Shown in pieces: positions 42,811 to 56,364 of a stretch of DNA of 64,000 nucleotides. The position numbers and the translations under genes were made by a program. The first letter of the stretch is position 1; every line of letters starts with the position of its first letter. The notes under the pieces were generated by a model. It saw nothing but the letters and a program-made list of their open reading frames with translations, made no database searches and was not told the origin of the DNA. Location: contig OZ024743.1 of NCBI GenBank assembly GCA_964016885.1, positions 221,216,001 to 221,280,000 on the forward strand, given 5' to 3'. Source of the stretch: Eledone cirrhosa (taxonomy: Eukaryota).

Positions 42811-43346
42811 TCAACCACCTCCCGTTCTTGAAAAAGATCACATCTCAGTCTTGTGGAACTTTAGCATCCAAACAGACCGAAAAATAGATGCAAATACACC
42901 TGATATAATACTGAAGGACTTTAAAAAGAGGGTATGCCTGCTAATTGATATGTCCGTTCCAATAGACAAGAATGTATCTATAAAATCATTTGAATAAATT
43001 GAGCAAGTATAAGGACCTGGAGATATAAATTTGAAAAATGTGGAAATTGAAAACTAAAACAATACCAGTGGTTGTAGGCGCTCTAGGAATGATACCTAAG
43101 GGGTCTAATGATTACTTATCGCAAATCCCAGGAAACCCGTGTATAGAAGAAATACAAAAGATAGTACTAATGGGAACTGCCCATATACTAAGGAAGATTC
43201 TGTCAATATAAGTACATTACAAGTCTAAACACCTAAAGATGCATGTGTGTGTATGTATGTTCTTTCTTGAACATGGAGGACCTTGTTGTCTCTTGAGGTC
43301 ACTGGTTGTGACTTGGTGATAACTCGTATGAACATAAAACAAGATA
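42811..43346 (+). mobile_element. R4/Dong-like RLE domain and 3' UTR fragment
   Basis: QPPPVLEKDHISVLWNFSIQTDRKIDANTPDIILKDFKKRVCLLIDMSVP..KYKDL..IPVVVGALG..IQKIVLMGTAHILRKILS. Confidence 0.88.
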
Positions 43347-43600
43347 AATGGTCTGTTTGGATGCTAAAGTTCCACAAGATTGAGATATGATCTTTTTCAA
43401 GTACGGGAGGTGGTTGATGCTCCCACCAATTCTTTTGATGGGGCAGGTCAAAATGCTTACACATTATCCAATGTATATATTCTGCAGCTCTGTCGTGCCT
43501 GTTTAGGTATTCGGTTGGAGCTATAGGACTACACATTGAAATTATATGATCAATGGTCTCTGGTTGTTTTTTTACATACACGGCATAATGGGTTGCATCC
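43347..43600 (-). mobile_element. Inverted R4/Dong-like fragment (CCHC-RHD region)
   Basis: NPLCRVCKK..ETIDHIISMC..YLNRHDRAAEYIHW..WWEHQPPPVLEKDHISILWNFSIQTD. Confidence 0.88.
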
Positions 43601-43648
43601 CTTTTTTATTAGTTTTTTGTTGGCAGACACTGATCTTGTGCTGATAAA

Positions 43649-43705
<57 letters not shown>

Positions 43706-43886
43706 GTGGATTGGCAGTATCGGTAGAGGGTCGGACGCCAAGCATAGAGTTACGGCCCTTGTCATTCTGAGTTCAAATCCCGCCGAGGTTAACTTTGCCT
43801 TTCATCCTTACGGGGTCGATTAAATAAAGTACCAGTAATACATTGGATTAATTGATGGCCTTGTGCCAAAAGTAGAAACAATTATT
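43706..43886 (+). mobile_element. SINE family 1
   Basis: Full-length match; preceded by (TTA)n and followed by an ATT-rich run. Confidence 0.9.
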
Positions 43887-43904
43887 ATCATCATTATTAT
43901 TATA

Positions 43905-44600
43905 CAGACAGACCCATAATAGGTCTTTCTAAATCCTATAATATCGCAGGAACTGTTCAAGCATTTAAAACAAACCAACCTATTTCCAGAAGTGCATAAA
44001 GAATGCTGGAAAGGCTATAGATGTGCAAAGACCAATTACTAATCAACCGAGCCTTAACAGACGACAACAGAAAAATATAGAAATCTCAGCATGCCATATA
44101 TTGATTAGCAGAAGGCTTTTGACAATGTTCCCCATATGTGAATATTGAACACACTAGTCAGAAACAAAAGCGCCAACAACACAAATATTCATGAAATATG
44201 ACATGAATAAATATCAATCTATTCTGCAGATATAAACGAAAAATAAATATAAAATCTGAGCCTATCGAAATTAACAGGGTATAATTCAAAGGGACAGTCT
44301 TTCCTCCCTCCTCTTCTGGCTAGCATTGCCATTCCCTGGACGATCTACAGCTATACACTTTAGACAAAAGGTAACTTGAAACACTGCCGCAGACGGTACA
44401 CGGATTCACAAAAGAAGTTCTCCGCGACGCAATTTGAACCAAGAAAGTAAATGGATGGTACAAATGCTGCTAGGCATTTGTCCGATGCTCAAACCCAAAA
44501 TAAAAACTGTCGGAGAACTCGACAAACCCAATATGAGGATATTGATGAATAGTATGGAAGAACTTTATTAAGAGAATTGTCAAGAATGTCCGTTGTCAAG
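43905..44600 (+). mobile_element. Highly degraded R4/Dong-like RT fragment
   Basis: KDQLLINRA, NLSMPYID*QKAFDNVPH and IIQRDSLSSLLFWLAL are readable across frameshifts. Confidence 0.65.
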
Positions 44601-44669
44601 AATGTCCATTGTCAAGAATGTCCGTTGATAAACATAATAATGAGTTTTGTTGTGCTGAGGGTGGGGGGG

Positions 44670-44965
44670 GTCATCGATGAAATGTACCCCAGAGCTTGAC
44701 TGGTTCTTTATTCATCGACCCTGAAATAATGAAAGGTAAAGTTGACCAAGACGTAATTTGAAATGAGGAAGTAAATGGGTGGACGAAATCTGCGAGGTAT
44801 TTGTCCGATGCTCAAACGACTCTGAAAATCTAACCTCTCTGGTAACAGCAATAATAATAATATTTGTTTCTACATTTGGATCAAAGCCAGCAATTTGAAG
44901 GGAAAGTGGAGAAAATTGATTAAAACGACCCAGTACGTTACTGGTACTTTATTTTATCGACCCCA
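44670..44965 (-). mobile_element. Two degenerate SINE family 1-related copies
   Basis: CTGGTxCTTTATT..ATCGACCC..GAAAGGTAAAGTTGACC blocks. Confidence 0.7.
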
Positions 44966-45391
44966 ATACTACCAATGCACCAATAGAAAACGAAAATCAA
45001 ATACCAAAAATTAAACGAGGAAAGTGTAACCGCAAAAATGAAGAGAGAAAAACAAACAAACAGAGAAACACCAAAACGTTGACGTTTTGACTAAACGATG
45101 ACTTCAAAGATATGGTAGGTGGTAGGATAGGGAGGGTAGTGGTTTCATATCGATAATTAATAGTGAAATAAATGATTCATGCTTCAATTACACTGAATAA
45201 TCTAGAAATTAATTTTGGTGCTAACGACTGACCTATGTAAGGAGGTTTTGGCTGAGAAATGAAAATATAACGAAGTGCGTATTGGAAGTAAATTGTATTA
45301 GAAAATAAAATAAAAAACAACATATTTGCTACTATTTCTTTCGTTCGTAAAGTTCGACAATTTTCGCATCGCAGAGTAGATATAAACGTCA

Positions 45392-45498
45392 TTCTTCTTC
45401 TTCTTCTTCTTCTTCTTCTTCTTCTTCTTCTTCTTCTTCTTCTTCTTCTTCTTCTTCTCCTCCTCCTCCTCCTCCTCCTCCTCCTCCTCCTCCTCCTC
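45392..45498. repeat. (TTC)n(TCC)n microsatellite
   Basis: Directly visible. Confidence 0.95.
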
Positions 45499-45792
45499 AC
45501 TATCATTATCCCTATAGTAAATCACACATTAAGTCCATATATATATCAATACAAATATTCTTAATATAAAATGAAAACTTAGGCTGCTATTCCGAAATCT
45601 TGGTTTCCATTTGTTAATAAGTATTTATGTTGTGTAACTTTCACTGTCTTCAACTACAAGTGTCATAACACATTGCAGTACACCTTTCACTGGACTTCAT
45701 TCCTGCATGCTGGCGACTCTAATAACGTATTGAGTTTAATGCACCTTACTAAAAGTAGTAGAGGATTTTTCCAGCTTAGTTATGTCCATAAA

Positions 45793-46294
<502 letters not shown>

Positions 46295-46299
<5 letters not shown>

Positions 46300-46507
46300 C
46301 TCAGCAGAAAATTTCATAGGCTGACTATAAAGGATTGATGTCAGGGCTGTGAAATCTTGCATGCATTAATATCAACTCTTCTTATTAATAACTGCGTTGT
46401 TTCTTTTCAGGGACTATGTTGAAAATAGACCGCATTTGGCCATTCCATGAGAGTATCTTGGTCAGACTATGAACTTTTCAGCCTAGGAAACTTTCAGCCG
46501 ACCCTTG
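46295..46507 (+). mobile_element. Mariner-like MITE (~200 bp)
   Basis: TIRs approximating CGAGGGTCGGCTGAAAAGTTCATAGGCTGAC, TA flanks; homologous copies at 53743 and 54248. Confidence 0.75.
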
Positions 46508-46557
46508 TATCTGCGTGACGGCAAGTGCGTGTTTATTAGTTCCTTGCTTCTGTTGTG

Positions 46558-46745
46558 TGGGGATTGGCAGTATCGGTAGAGAGTCGGACGCCATGCTTTC
46601 CAGCATAGTTACGTCCCTTTACAGTCTGAGTTCAAATCCCCTCAAGGTTAACTTTGCCTTTCATCCTTACGGGGTCGATAAAATAAAGTACCAGTAATGC
46701 ACTGGGTGATTGCTGGCCTTGTGCCTAAATTAGAAACAATTATTA
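46558..46745 (+). mobile_element. SINE family 1
   Basis: Full-length match to other copies. Confidence 0.9.
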
Positions 46746-47247
46746 TATAAGACTGCATTATTTACCTCCATATTTATCCGGCCAACAACAGATGTGACGT
46801 TATCGCTAAAACCCCTCATAAATCTCATTCAATCGGAGACTGAGAGGCGACAACGTTAGACAGGGGTGTCATTGCTCACTTTTATCACGTACTTTACAAT
46901 TTCTACAGCTGTAATAGTGATTCTTTTTAGATATAAGATATCGAAAAAGCAAACCAAACCATTATAACTTGTTAGATTTCCTATAGATTTCATATTCTTC
47001 TTATTGGTTTTGTATGTTCTGTTACTGGTAATAATATATCGAGGAAGACTAAACTAGATTTCTTTTTCTATATTTGAGACTGATCTTTATGGATGATGGT
47101 GTGGATTCTTGATACACCATTGTTTAATTGCGTCACCAATGAAAACCGAGAAATTATTTAATGTGAATGCTGAGTGTTTCATACTGACAGAACATAGACA
47201 GATGCTAAAAGATATGCTGTTTGAAATGCACATTATTAAAATGAGTA

Positions 47248-47310
47248 TTAAAGTACCAGTAATGCACTGGGTAATTGCTGGCCTTGTGCCTAAAGTAGAA
47301 ACAATTATTA
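47248..47310 (+). mobile_element. SINE family 1 3' fragment
   Basis: TAAAGTACCAGTAATGCACTGGGTAATTGCTGGCCTTGTGCCTAAAGTAGAAACAATT. Confidence 0.85.
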
Positions 47311-48209
47311 AAATGAGTATTTATTTAACAATCTAAAATGCTATATATATAGTTGGCAGGGGTATCCAAGTGAACATTAATACACATCAGAATAGTAAAC
47401 AAAAATATTTAAAAAATCAATTATGGTAAATAGATGAATGCAAGGGACTTAGTGATAAGAGTGATCGAAATTCATTGGTTAGTTCATCAGTTTGATTCGT
47501 GGTGAGATGTCCTGCAGCAAGGCACTATATTTTGCCTTGCTCCAGTTCACTAATCTGGCAAAAATGGTTTGCACGTGTGTAATTCTAATATTCAGCCTAG
47601 TCACGCTTAAACCACCTGAGAATTACTTTAGAACATTAATCGTTGGAGCCGACAGAGGTCCAACAAAAATGTTAAGAACCAAAAAGTGGGTACAATTGAT
47701 ACCATTACTCACAGCCAAATAAATTTTAGTGAAAGAACTAGTGACTGTTCATTGATTTAATGATGGTGTTGCCTCATTACAATAGATATATCGACCATAT
47801 CTCTGGGCGGCTTATAGATAGAATACAAGTTCAATATATGTTAGACGGATCCGGGGACAAACTGAAAATGGATGAAAACCTACATTGTAATTTCTAAGTG
47901 CTCGAATTTCGTAATTGGAAGAGGCTGTGTTTCAAACATTCCGTTACCTAGTTCATTCACCTTCGAACTGTTGCACACTATCACAGATAACTCCCCCTCC
48001 ACCTATTTCGGTCTGGAGTGAGTCCTTCAAGATATTTGGCAGGAACTGAGCGGGCAGGGAGGATGTGATTCAATCTTATGGATTCGTAAGATCATCTTGA
48101 AACATTTAAAGCATTTAAACCTGATGGAGTCCTTTCCTCTCCAGGTCGGAGCACTAGCAATTTCTTCCAGAGACAAAGATAGAGAGACAATGACAGAGAC
48201 TGAATGAGG

Positions 48210-48360
48210 AAGAATCGACCTCAGTGTTAGACCGGCACTTTACTTATCGGCCTCGAAAAGATTAAAGGCAAAGTTGACCTCGGTATAATTTGCTATCAGA
48301 GAGCAGTGAGTCAGACCAAAAAGCGAAATATTCAATCCGATCCTCTAACGACTGTGCTAA
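48210..48360 (-). mobile_element. Degenerate SINE family 1-related copy
   Basis: AAAGGCAAAGTTGACCTCGG block plus flanking similarity. Confidence 0.6.
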
Positions 48361-49481
48361 TTTGAACTTTTCAATTGTATACTAAAGGGTTAACTTTTCA
48401 TGTATTCTATAAAGAAAGTACTAATTTATTTAACTCTTAGATAGACTCTTGAAATTGACTCCAAGCCATTATCACAAACTCAGTAAAGGATAAGACGTTT
48501 AGTAAATAACTATATATACTATATTGACTGTGACCTGCCAATTGAAAACGAATGACTGAGAACTAAATACAACGCTCAAATTGACTACTCTGACCTGCCA
48601 AAAACAAAACATGAATATTTTGCAACTTGAATCGCCAAAATATAAACGACAGTCTCGACAGTAAACAATATTTAAGACTTGGCTAGGACTTGAAGAGTGA
48701 GCTGTTTATATTTCTGAAATTGTTTTCCTGTCGAATATAGCACTACTTAAATAATTAGTAAATACTTAAAAACTGTCCATTGTCATTAATTGGGTTTTGG
48801 TAAAGGAGTGGACTATTTTGGTTAAAAACTTACATTTGGGGTAGGGAACCAATTTTAGTTCACGATGCTTGTTTTAGTGCCAATAAAAGGTCAGAGAAAA
48901 TTATATTTTTGTAACAAGTTATGTAAGGTTACTTTTGCTTGGCTGTATTCTGAATAGAAGCCAAATTCCTCCCATGCTGTATTGGGTATTTTTTTTCTTA
49001 TATTATCTATTAAGCAACTTTCTTATCAGTCAACCTCTAGATAATAGCATCCGGTTCTTTCTTTAAATGGAAATATCAATCTATATATCCAGCAGATGAT
49101 AAAAGGAATAGATAAGTGAGAGATGGGAAATAAATGAGTGATGGTAGATAATCTACTGGAGATTCTCTATTGGATGAAATCTAATAAAATTAAATGATAT
49201 TATATTTGGAATCATGCTATACAAGCCTGGCACAATCCAATTATTCTTTAGCTGTATTAGTTTCAGTATTTTGATATCCTATATAATACACCGAAAGGCT
49301 TATATTTTGGTAGCAGATATCAGATTGCCATGTTTTCTGGAAGTCATTAGAGACTCAAAACAAGTCACTTACTCGTTGGTAGATATTGAACCCGCATTAT
49401 GACCTTAACTAACGTAGAGGTATAATTCATGCTGTATATCGTACGCCATTTTTATAGAACGTAGCGCACTACGATATTAAT

Positions 49482-49546
<65 letters not shown>

Positions 49547-49625
49547 AGTAAGGTATTCAATACAAAGTAGAATATAAATATTTAATATAGAAAAGCTTCT
49601 ACAGGACTAGAACGGTTTCATTCGT

Positions 49626-49686
<61 letters not shown>

Positions 49687-49877
49687 ATACATGAATATAT
49701 ATATATTGATTTCTTATAGTATATATATATATATATTAAGTTGTAAGATAAATTCCCGCCATTGTTATAAGACTTCGTAATTATAAACGACGGGAATTTA
49801 TGTTACAACCCAATATATATATATACACACACACATACGTATATATATACACACACACACACACACATACACACACA

Positions 49878-49917
<40 letters not shown>

Positions 49918-49920
<3 letters not shown>

Positions 49921-50103
49921 CGAAGGAAATGTGGTAAGGAACCAGGTGTACCATAACGCACCAACGTACTCAATACTTAGGGTAGTAGAGTGGTTAATAG
50001 GAACGAGTAGGACCCCGTCGGCTGAGCTCAAGCCGTTTCGACGGCTAATTCTGGAATTAGCCGTCGAAACGGCTTGAGCTCAGCCGTTGGGGTCCTACTC
50101 GTT

Positions 50104-50105
<2 letters not shown>
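49918..50105 (-). mobile_element. (TA)n-embedded hairpin+tail element, copy D
   Basis: ~51 bp arms around a CTGG loop (50000-50105); tail matches copy B. Confidence 0.92.
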
Positions 50106-50174
<69 letters not shown>

Positions 50175-50913
50175 ATGTCAAAAGATCGGGATATAGATAA
50201 AGTGAAAAAGAGAGATGAAGAGATAGATAGATAGAGAGAGTGAGTGAGAAAAAGCGTGAGAGAGTCTGAACGGATAGAGAGGGGAAAAGATAATATAGAT
50301 GGATAGATGTATCCATTGAGCGTTCGATGTATGGATGAATGGATAGAAGGTTTGATAATTTGATAATGATATAATATGATATATAGATAATATGTAAGGC
50401 AGGCATAAGGGAGACAGGTAAACATACAGGTAAGTGTGCTAGAGCAGCTCATAGATAGGTCGGGAAGTAGATGGTGAGTGGATAAGGCAGGTAGGCTGAG
50501 AGCTATATAGAAACGTAGATGTGTATGCGGGAAAGAAGATTATATATTATATATTGAAATAGTTAGATTCAGAGATTATATATAAATTTAGTTGATAGGA
50601 AATTAAAGTGGTATGTCACAAACGCATTCACTCATTCATATGTAATTACACACATATAATTCGACATGCGCATCTGCACACTATTGCACACACTTATGTG
50701 CATATATATATAATAATATATATATATTTCGTTTCTGAATTTGTTTAGCAAGATTCATTATCTGAAATCGTGTGTTGAAACCGATATTGTTATACAACCA
50801 ACCAACCAGAAATTTATAAATTTGTAAATTTATAAATATATATTAAATTAAATTGAAGTGAAAGCAACTGGTGCGTGTGTTTCTTATTGGCAACATGACC
50901 CTCCCAAAGTATG

Positions 50914-50953
<40 letters not shown>

Positions 50954-50955
<2 letters not shown>

Positions 50956-51104
50956 AAAAAGCTCAAGCCGTTTCGACGGCTTTTTCTGTTGAAACAGCTT
51001 GAGCTCTGCCGCCGGGGTCATACTTTTTCCTATTACCCACTCTACTACCTCAAGTATTGAGTAATCTGGTGCGTTATGGTCCATCTGGTTCCTTACCACA
51101 ATTC

Positions 51105-51108
<4 letters not shown>
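50954..51108 (+). mobile_element. (TA)n-embedded hairpin+tail element, copy E
   Basis: Partially deleted left arm; tail matches copy B. Confidence 0.88.
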
Positions 51109-51170
<62 letters not shown>

Positions 51171-51173
<3 letters not shown>

Positions 51174-51286
51174 CGAAGGAAATGTGGTAAGGAACCAGGT
51201 GGACCATAACGCACCAAAGTACTCAATACTTGAGGTAGTAGAGTGGGTAATAGGAACCAGTAAGACCCCCAGGGGTCTTACTGGTT

Positions 51287-51288
<2 letters not shown>
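51171..51288 (-). mobile_element. (TA)n-embedded hairpin+tail element, copy F (collapsed hairpin)
   Basis: Tail nearly identical to copy B; hairpin reduced to GGAACCAGTAAGACCCC-CA-GGGGTCTTACTGGTTCC. Confidence 0.92.
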
Positions 51289-51337
<49 letters not shown>

Positions 51338-51439
51338 GTATGTATTTCTGCATGCTGCGTCTGTGGGAAAGTACATGTATATATACACACATATATATTC
51401 ACCTCCGCCCCATAATATATATATATATATTGTCTGTGC

Positions 51440-52051
<612 letters not shown>

Positions 52052-52513
52052 GGGGGTTTGGCTCGAAAATAGACATAGCTGGTTTTTCTCTTGCATTATT
52101 TACAGTATTTACTCTTTATAAAAACAACAACAACAATAACAAAACAAACAAACAACAAAACAAAAGACATCGTTGTTTCTTTCAATTCATTCATATTTTT
52201 TTTAATCAATGCGCAAAGCACATGATTTGTTTGTGTTCACCAACTAACCTCGATTTATAGCTCATCTTTTCTTTCAGCATTGTATTGGAAGTGAGATCAA
52301 TATACAAATCACAGAAACTAGATAGATGACCCAAAATAATGAGTTCAAACGGAATTATAAAAGGAACAATGAAAATTGAGAAGGAAGCAGTTTAAAAATC
52401 GATAAATAATTTTTTGTTATTTCCCTGAATTATCTAAATTTTTTTTTTTTCTGTTTCTTAACTGTGTTTTAGAGGTGGTGAGGGGAAGACATGGAGAGAG
52501 AGCGGGGGAGAGA

Positions 52514-52545
<32 letters not shown>

Positions 52546-52729
52546 AGGGGGCAGGGAAAGACAGAGAGAGATAGAGAGTGACAGAAAGATAGAGAGAGAT
52601 AGTGAGGGAGAGACACAAAGAGCGAGAAAGAAAGAAAGAGAAAGAGCTTTCAGCAGCAGGAATAACAGAGAAATATATATATATATATACATAACAATAT
52701 ATCAACATATGCCATCTGTTCAGTTTCGT

Positions 52730-52804
<75 letters not shown>

Positions 52805-52895
52805 TATATATATATATATATATAACGGTGGTGCCCCAGCATGGATTCAGCCTATCGGCTGGATCACGTAATAGAGTAATAGAGTAATAAAAAAA

Positions 52896-53002
<107 letters not shown>

Positions 53003-53062
53003 CGTATATATGTAAATATATATATATACATATATATGCATATAGTAATATATGTATATATA

Positions 53063-53178
<116 letters not shown>

Positions 53179-53598
53179 GCGCGTGTGTGTGCAATTTATG
53201 GGTCCCAAAGCAACTGACTATAATATCAATGGTAGTCAATCGCTAATATAATACCCGATAATTTCAAATTTTTCTGTTTCCTACACCAACAGGATATTAA
53301 CACTTGTAGCCAGAGGCTCATAATCCTCTAAAAGACGATAGTCAACAACCAAGATCCGCTTAGCGTAATGGTAATGCATTGATCAAGCGTTGTATCCGAA
53401 GGATACGATGTTCGAACTTTCACTTCCACACCTATCCCATTTTCCGTCTCTAGAGCGTTTCTTAGCTGATTACTTCAATAATTATTTATAGTGATTGATT
53501 ACTGCAATTATAATCATTTGCGTGTATTGTTTTATCAACTTCAGATAAAACAACACTCGCGCATTATATAAGCAAACTACTGGGAATAGGACTATATA

Positions 53599-53724
53599 CA
53601 GAGTGGCCCAAAATTCGCGATACATAAAAAATATAATTATGTTTTATAAGAAATAATTTATTCAAAACAAATAAATATGGAAACTTAAAAATTTCCTATG
53701 TATTGCAACTTTTGGGCCACCCTG
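53599..53724. mobile_element. Tc1/mariner-type MITE (126 bp)
   Basis: TA|CAGAGTGGCCCAAAATTCGCGATACATA ... TATGTATTGCAACTTTTGGGCCACCCTG|TA: ~28 bp imperfect TIRs with TA target duplication. Confidence 0.82.
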
Positions 53725-53742
53725 TATAACTTGTTTGCGGTA

Positions 53743-53955
53743 TGAAAGGTCCATTGAAAAGGTCCATTGAAAAATTCATAGGTTGACCAAGATAATCTCA
53801 TGGAATGACCAAATGAGGTTTATTTTTCAACATGGTCCTTGGAATGAAACAATTCAGTTAATTATAAGAAGAGTTGAAATTAATGCATACAAGATTTCAT
53901 AGTACTAGCATCACTACTTCATACTCAGCCTATAGACTTTTCAGCCGAATCCTCG
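53743..53955 (-). mobile_element. Mariner-like MITE (same family as 46295)
   Basis: Reverse-complement similarity to 46295-46507; TA flanks. Confidence 0.72.
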
Positions 53956-54247
53956 TAGTAATGTAAATAATTTTAAGATGGTGTTTGCAACATAACATAA
54001 ATGTTCTTTCATTAAATCCTTATAGGGATTTAGATAAATATTAACACTTAGTATGATATGCAGAACTAGAAATGGTTTCAAGCGGTTTGGTATCAAATGT
54101 GTTAAAAGTGCTTCAGACTTAACCACCCTGTATTATAAATAATTATCTAGAACAACATTATTTCGAATTATGTCCTTATCTAAGGCGATACAATGTAATT
54201 TGAGCGAGATTTGGCTGTTAATTTTAGTCGATCAACTCTCTTCTGTA

Positions 54248-54445
54248 TGAAAGTGGGCTGAAATGTTCATAGGCTGGCTATAAAAAGGTGATGCTAGTTC
54301 TGTGAAATTTCGCATGCATTCATTCCAATACTTCTTATTAATAAGTGCATCGTTTCTTTTCAGAGACTATGTTGAAAGATAAACCTCATTTGGCCATTTC
54401 ATGAGAATATCTTCGTCAGCCTATGAACTTTTCAGTCGACACTTT
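54248..54445 (+). mobile_element. Mariner-like MITE (same family as 46295)
   Basis: GGCTGAAATGTTCATAGGCTG ... CAGCCTATGAACTTTTCAGTC TIRs; internal sequence matches. Confidence 0.78.
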
Positions 54446-54819
54446 TACATCATATATACCTCAAACATGAGATATGTAGTCCTATACCCAGTAGTTTGCT
54501 TATAAAATATGGGTGTTTTCTCTGAAATAGACCTCAGAGCACTGACTTCCCATCCATGACCATCCTCATTATTTCCGGCATAATGTTTTAATGGCAATAT
54601 TGTTCAATGTGTTTCTTCTTTGTTGAAGATATTAAGTTCTGATTTTAAGGAGAATTCGATGCTAACTCTAACAAGTCGAACGACCACATATAGACCCTAT
54701 CATTGGCTCGTATTGTGTGTGCGTGTGTGTCTGTTAAAGTGTGTGATTGTGTATATGTGATTGTGTATGTGTGTGTTTGTGAAATTGTAATGTGTATGTG
54801 TGTGTGTGTGTGTATAACA

Positions 54820-55095
54820 GTTTAGAAGAAAGCTTTGCTTTCATTAGGTTTCGGGTCCCATATTGAACAAAGGTCACTTACCATAGTCTTCGGTTGATCC
54901 TCACTTTGTGCAGGAAATTGGGTAAACAGAAACTGTTTGTAGGCCCGACGGATGGAATTCTAAGGACCTGTCTTACTACACACCGTGGAAGTACATTAAG
55001 TATACACGTGTCTGTGGAATATTCAACTGCATGCAAGTTAATTTCACGAGTGGGATGTTCCGTTAATTGTATCAATACATTTCGTTGGAATGGAC
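54820..55095 (+). mobile_element. Old SINE (second family), degenerate
   Basis: CACGTGTCTGTGGAATATTCAAC..GTTAATTTCACGAG is the reverse complement of blocks at 19750-19800 and 63830-63880. Confidence 0.55.
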
Positions 55096-56114
55096 AAAGA
55101 TCCATTTCATGTCTTTGTATGTGTGCGCATGTGTATAGAATGCACGTACATCTATGTATATTCCTGTATCAGTATGTATGTAAATATGAATGTATACATG
55201 TATGTATGTATGTATGTATGTATGTATGTATGTATGTATGTATGTATGTATGTATGTATGTATGTATGAGTATGTATGTAAGTGAGTAGGTTAGTATGTG
55301 TATGTATCTGTTCATGTTTGTGTACATGTTTGTGTATATGTATATCCAAGAATTACTTCCTTCGGGGTTCTTTATATTGAATTACTTAATAATTATTAAA
55401 CTGCTTTCTCTAGCGTCTAATGACTATTCGTAGGTAGGAAAGGGAGATAACAAACAAACAAAATATCAACAGAAATATTTACTCCAGGGCGAATTCTTCA
55501 TGAAATGGTGCAACAAACTGATTGTCTATTAAAGAATAAACATATATATATATATAAATCCGACATTAGCCATTATCTGATGAGATTCCAAGCAAGAAGA
55601 TACATACAAATCCTCAGGCTGTATTTCTCATTAGATGATACACAGAGACCCTCCATTAAAAATGTTTAAACATTTGAAATAATAATAATAATAAAAATAA
55701 TAATGATGATAATAATATTAAGAATGTGATGATCATGATGATGGTGGTGAGAATAATGATGATGATGATGATGATGAGGATAATAATAAAATAAGCAAGC
55801 AATCATAGATCTGATTTTAAAGAAATTTTTTTATATATGAAATAGCCTGCATGAAAATATTCGACATGAAGAAATATATGATAAAATTTGATAGACAGCA
55901 TTGTTTCTTAAAGGAACCGAATGATAAAATGGACAAAATCGATATATGTAATATGCTTTTTGGATCTATTCCATGAAGAAACGAGAGAGAATGTTTTTAC
56001 CGTCTTCCGCTAAGAATTGGTCGTATTTTCCTCTTAACAAATTAACAATAAAACAGATTTATAGATGCTGAAAATTAGTCGGACTATACTGATTACATAT
56101 GCACAATAAACACA

Positions 56115-56166
<52 letters not shown>

Positions 56167-56283
56167 CACATATATATATACATATATATACATATATATA
56201 CATATATAAAAATATATATATATGTATATATATACATATGCATATATACATACATATATATACATATACATATATATATAAAT

Positions 56284-56364
<81 letters not shown>

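Noticed and set aside
44578-44628. Three 16 bp tandem repeats (TGTCAAGAATGTCCRT)
   Set aside because: Ordinary local slippage duplication at the end of a decayed LINE fragment.
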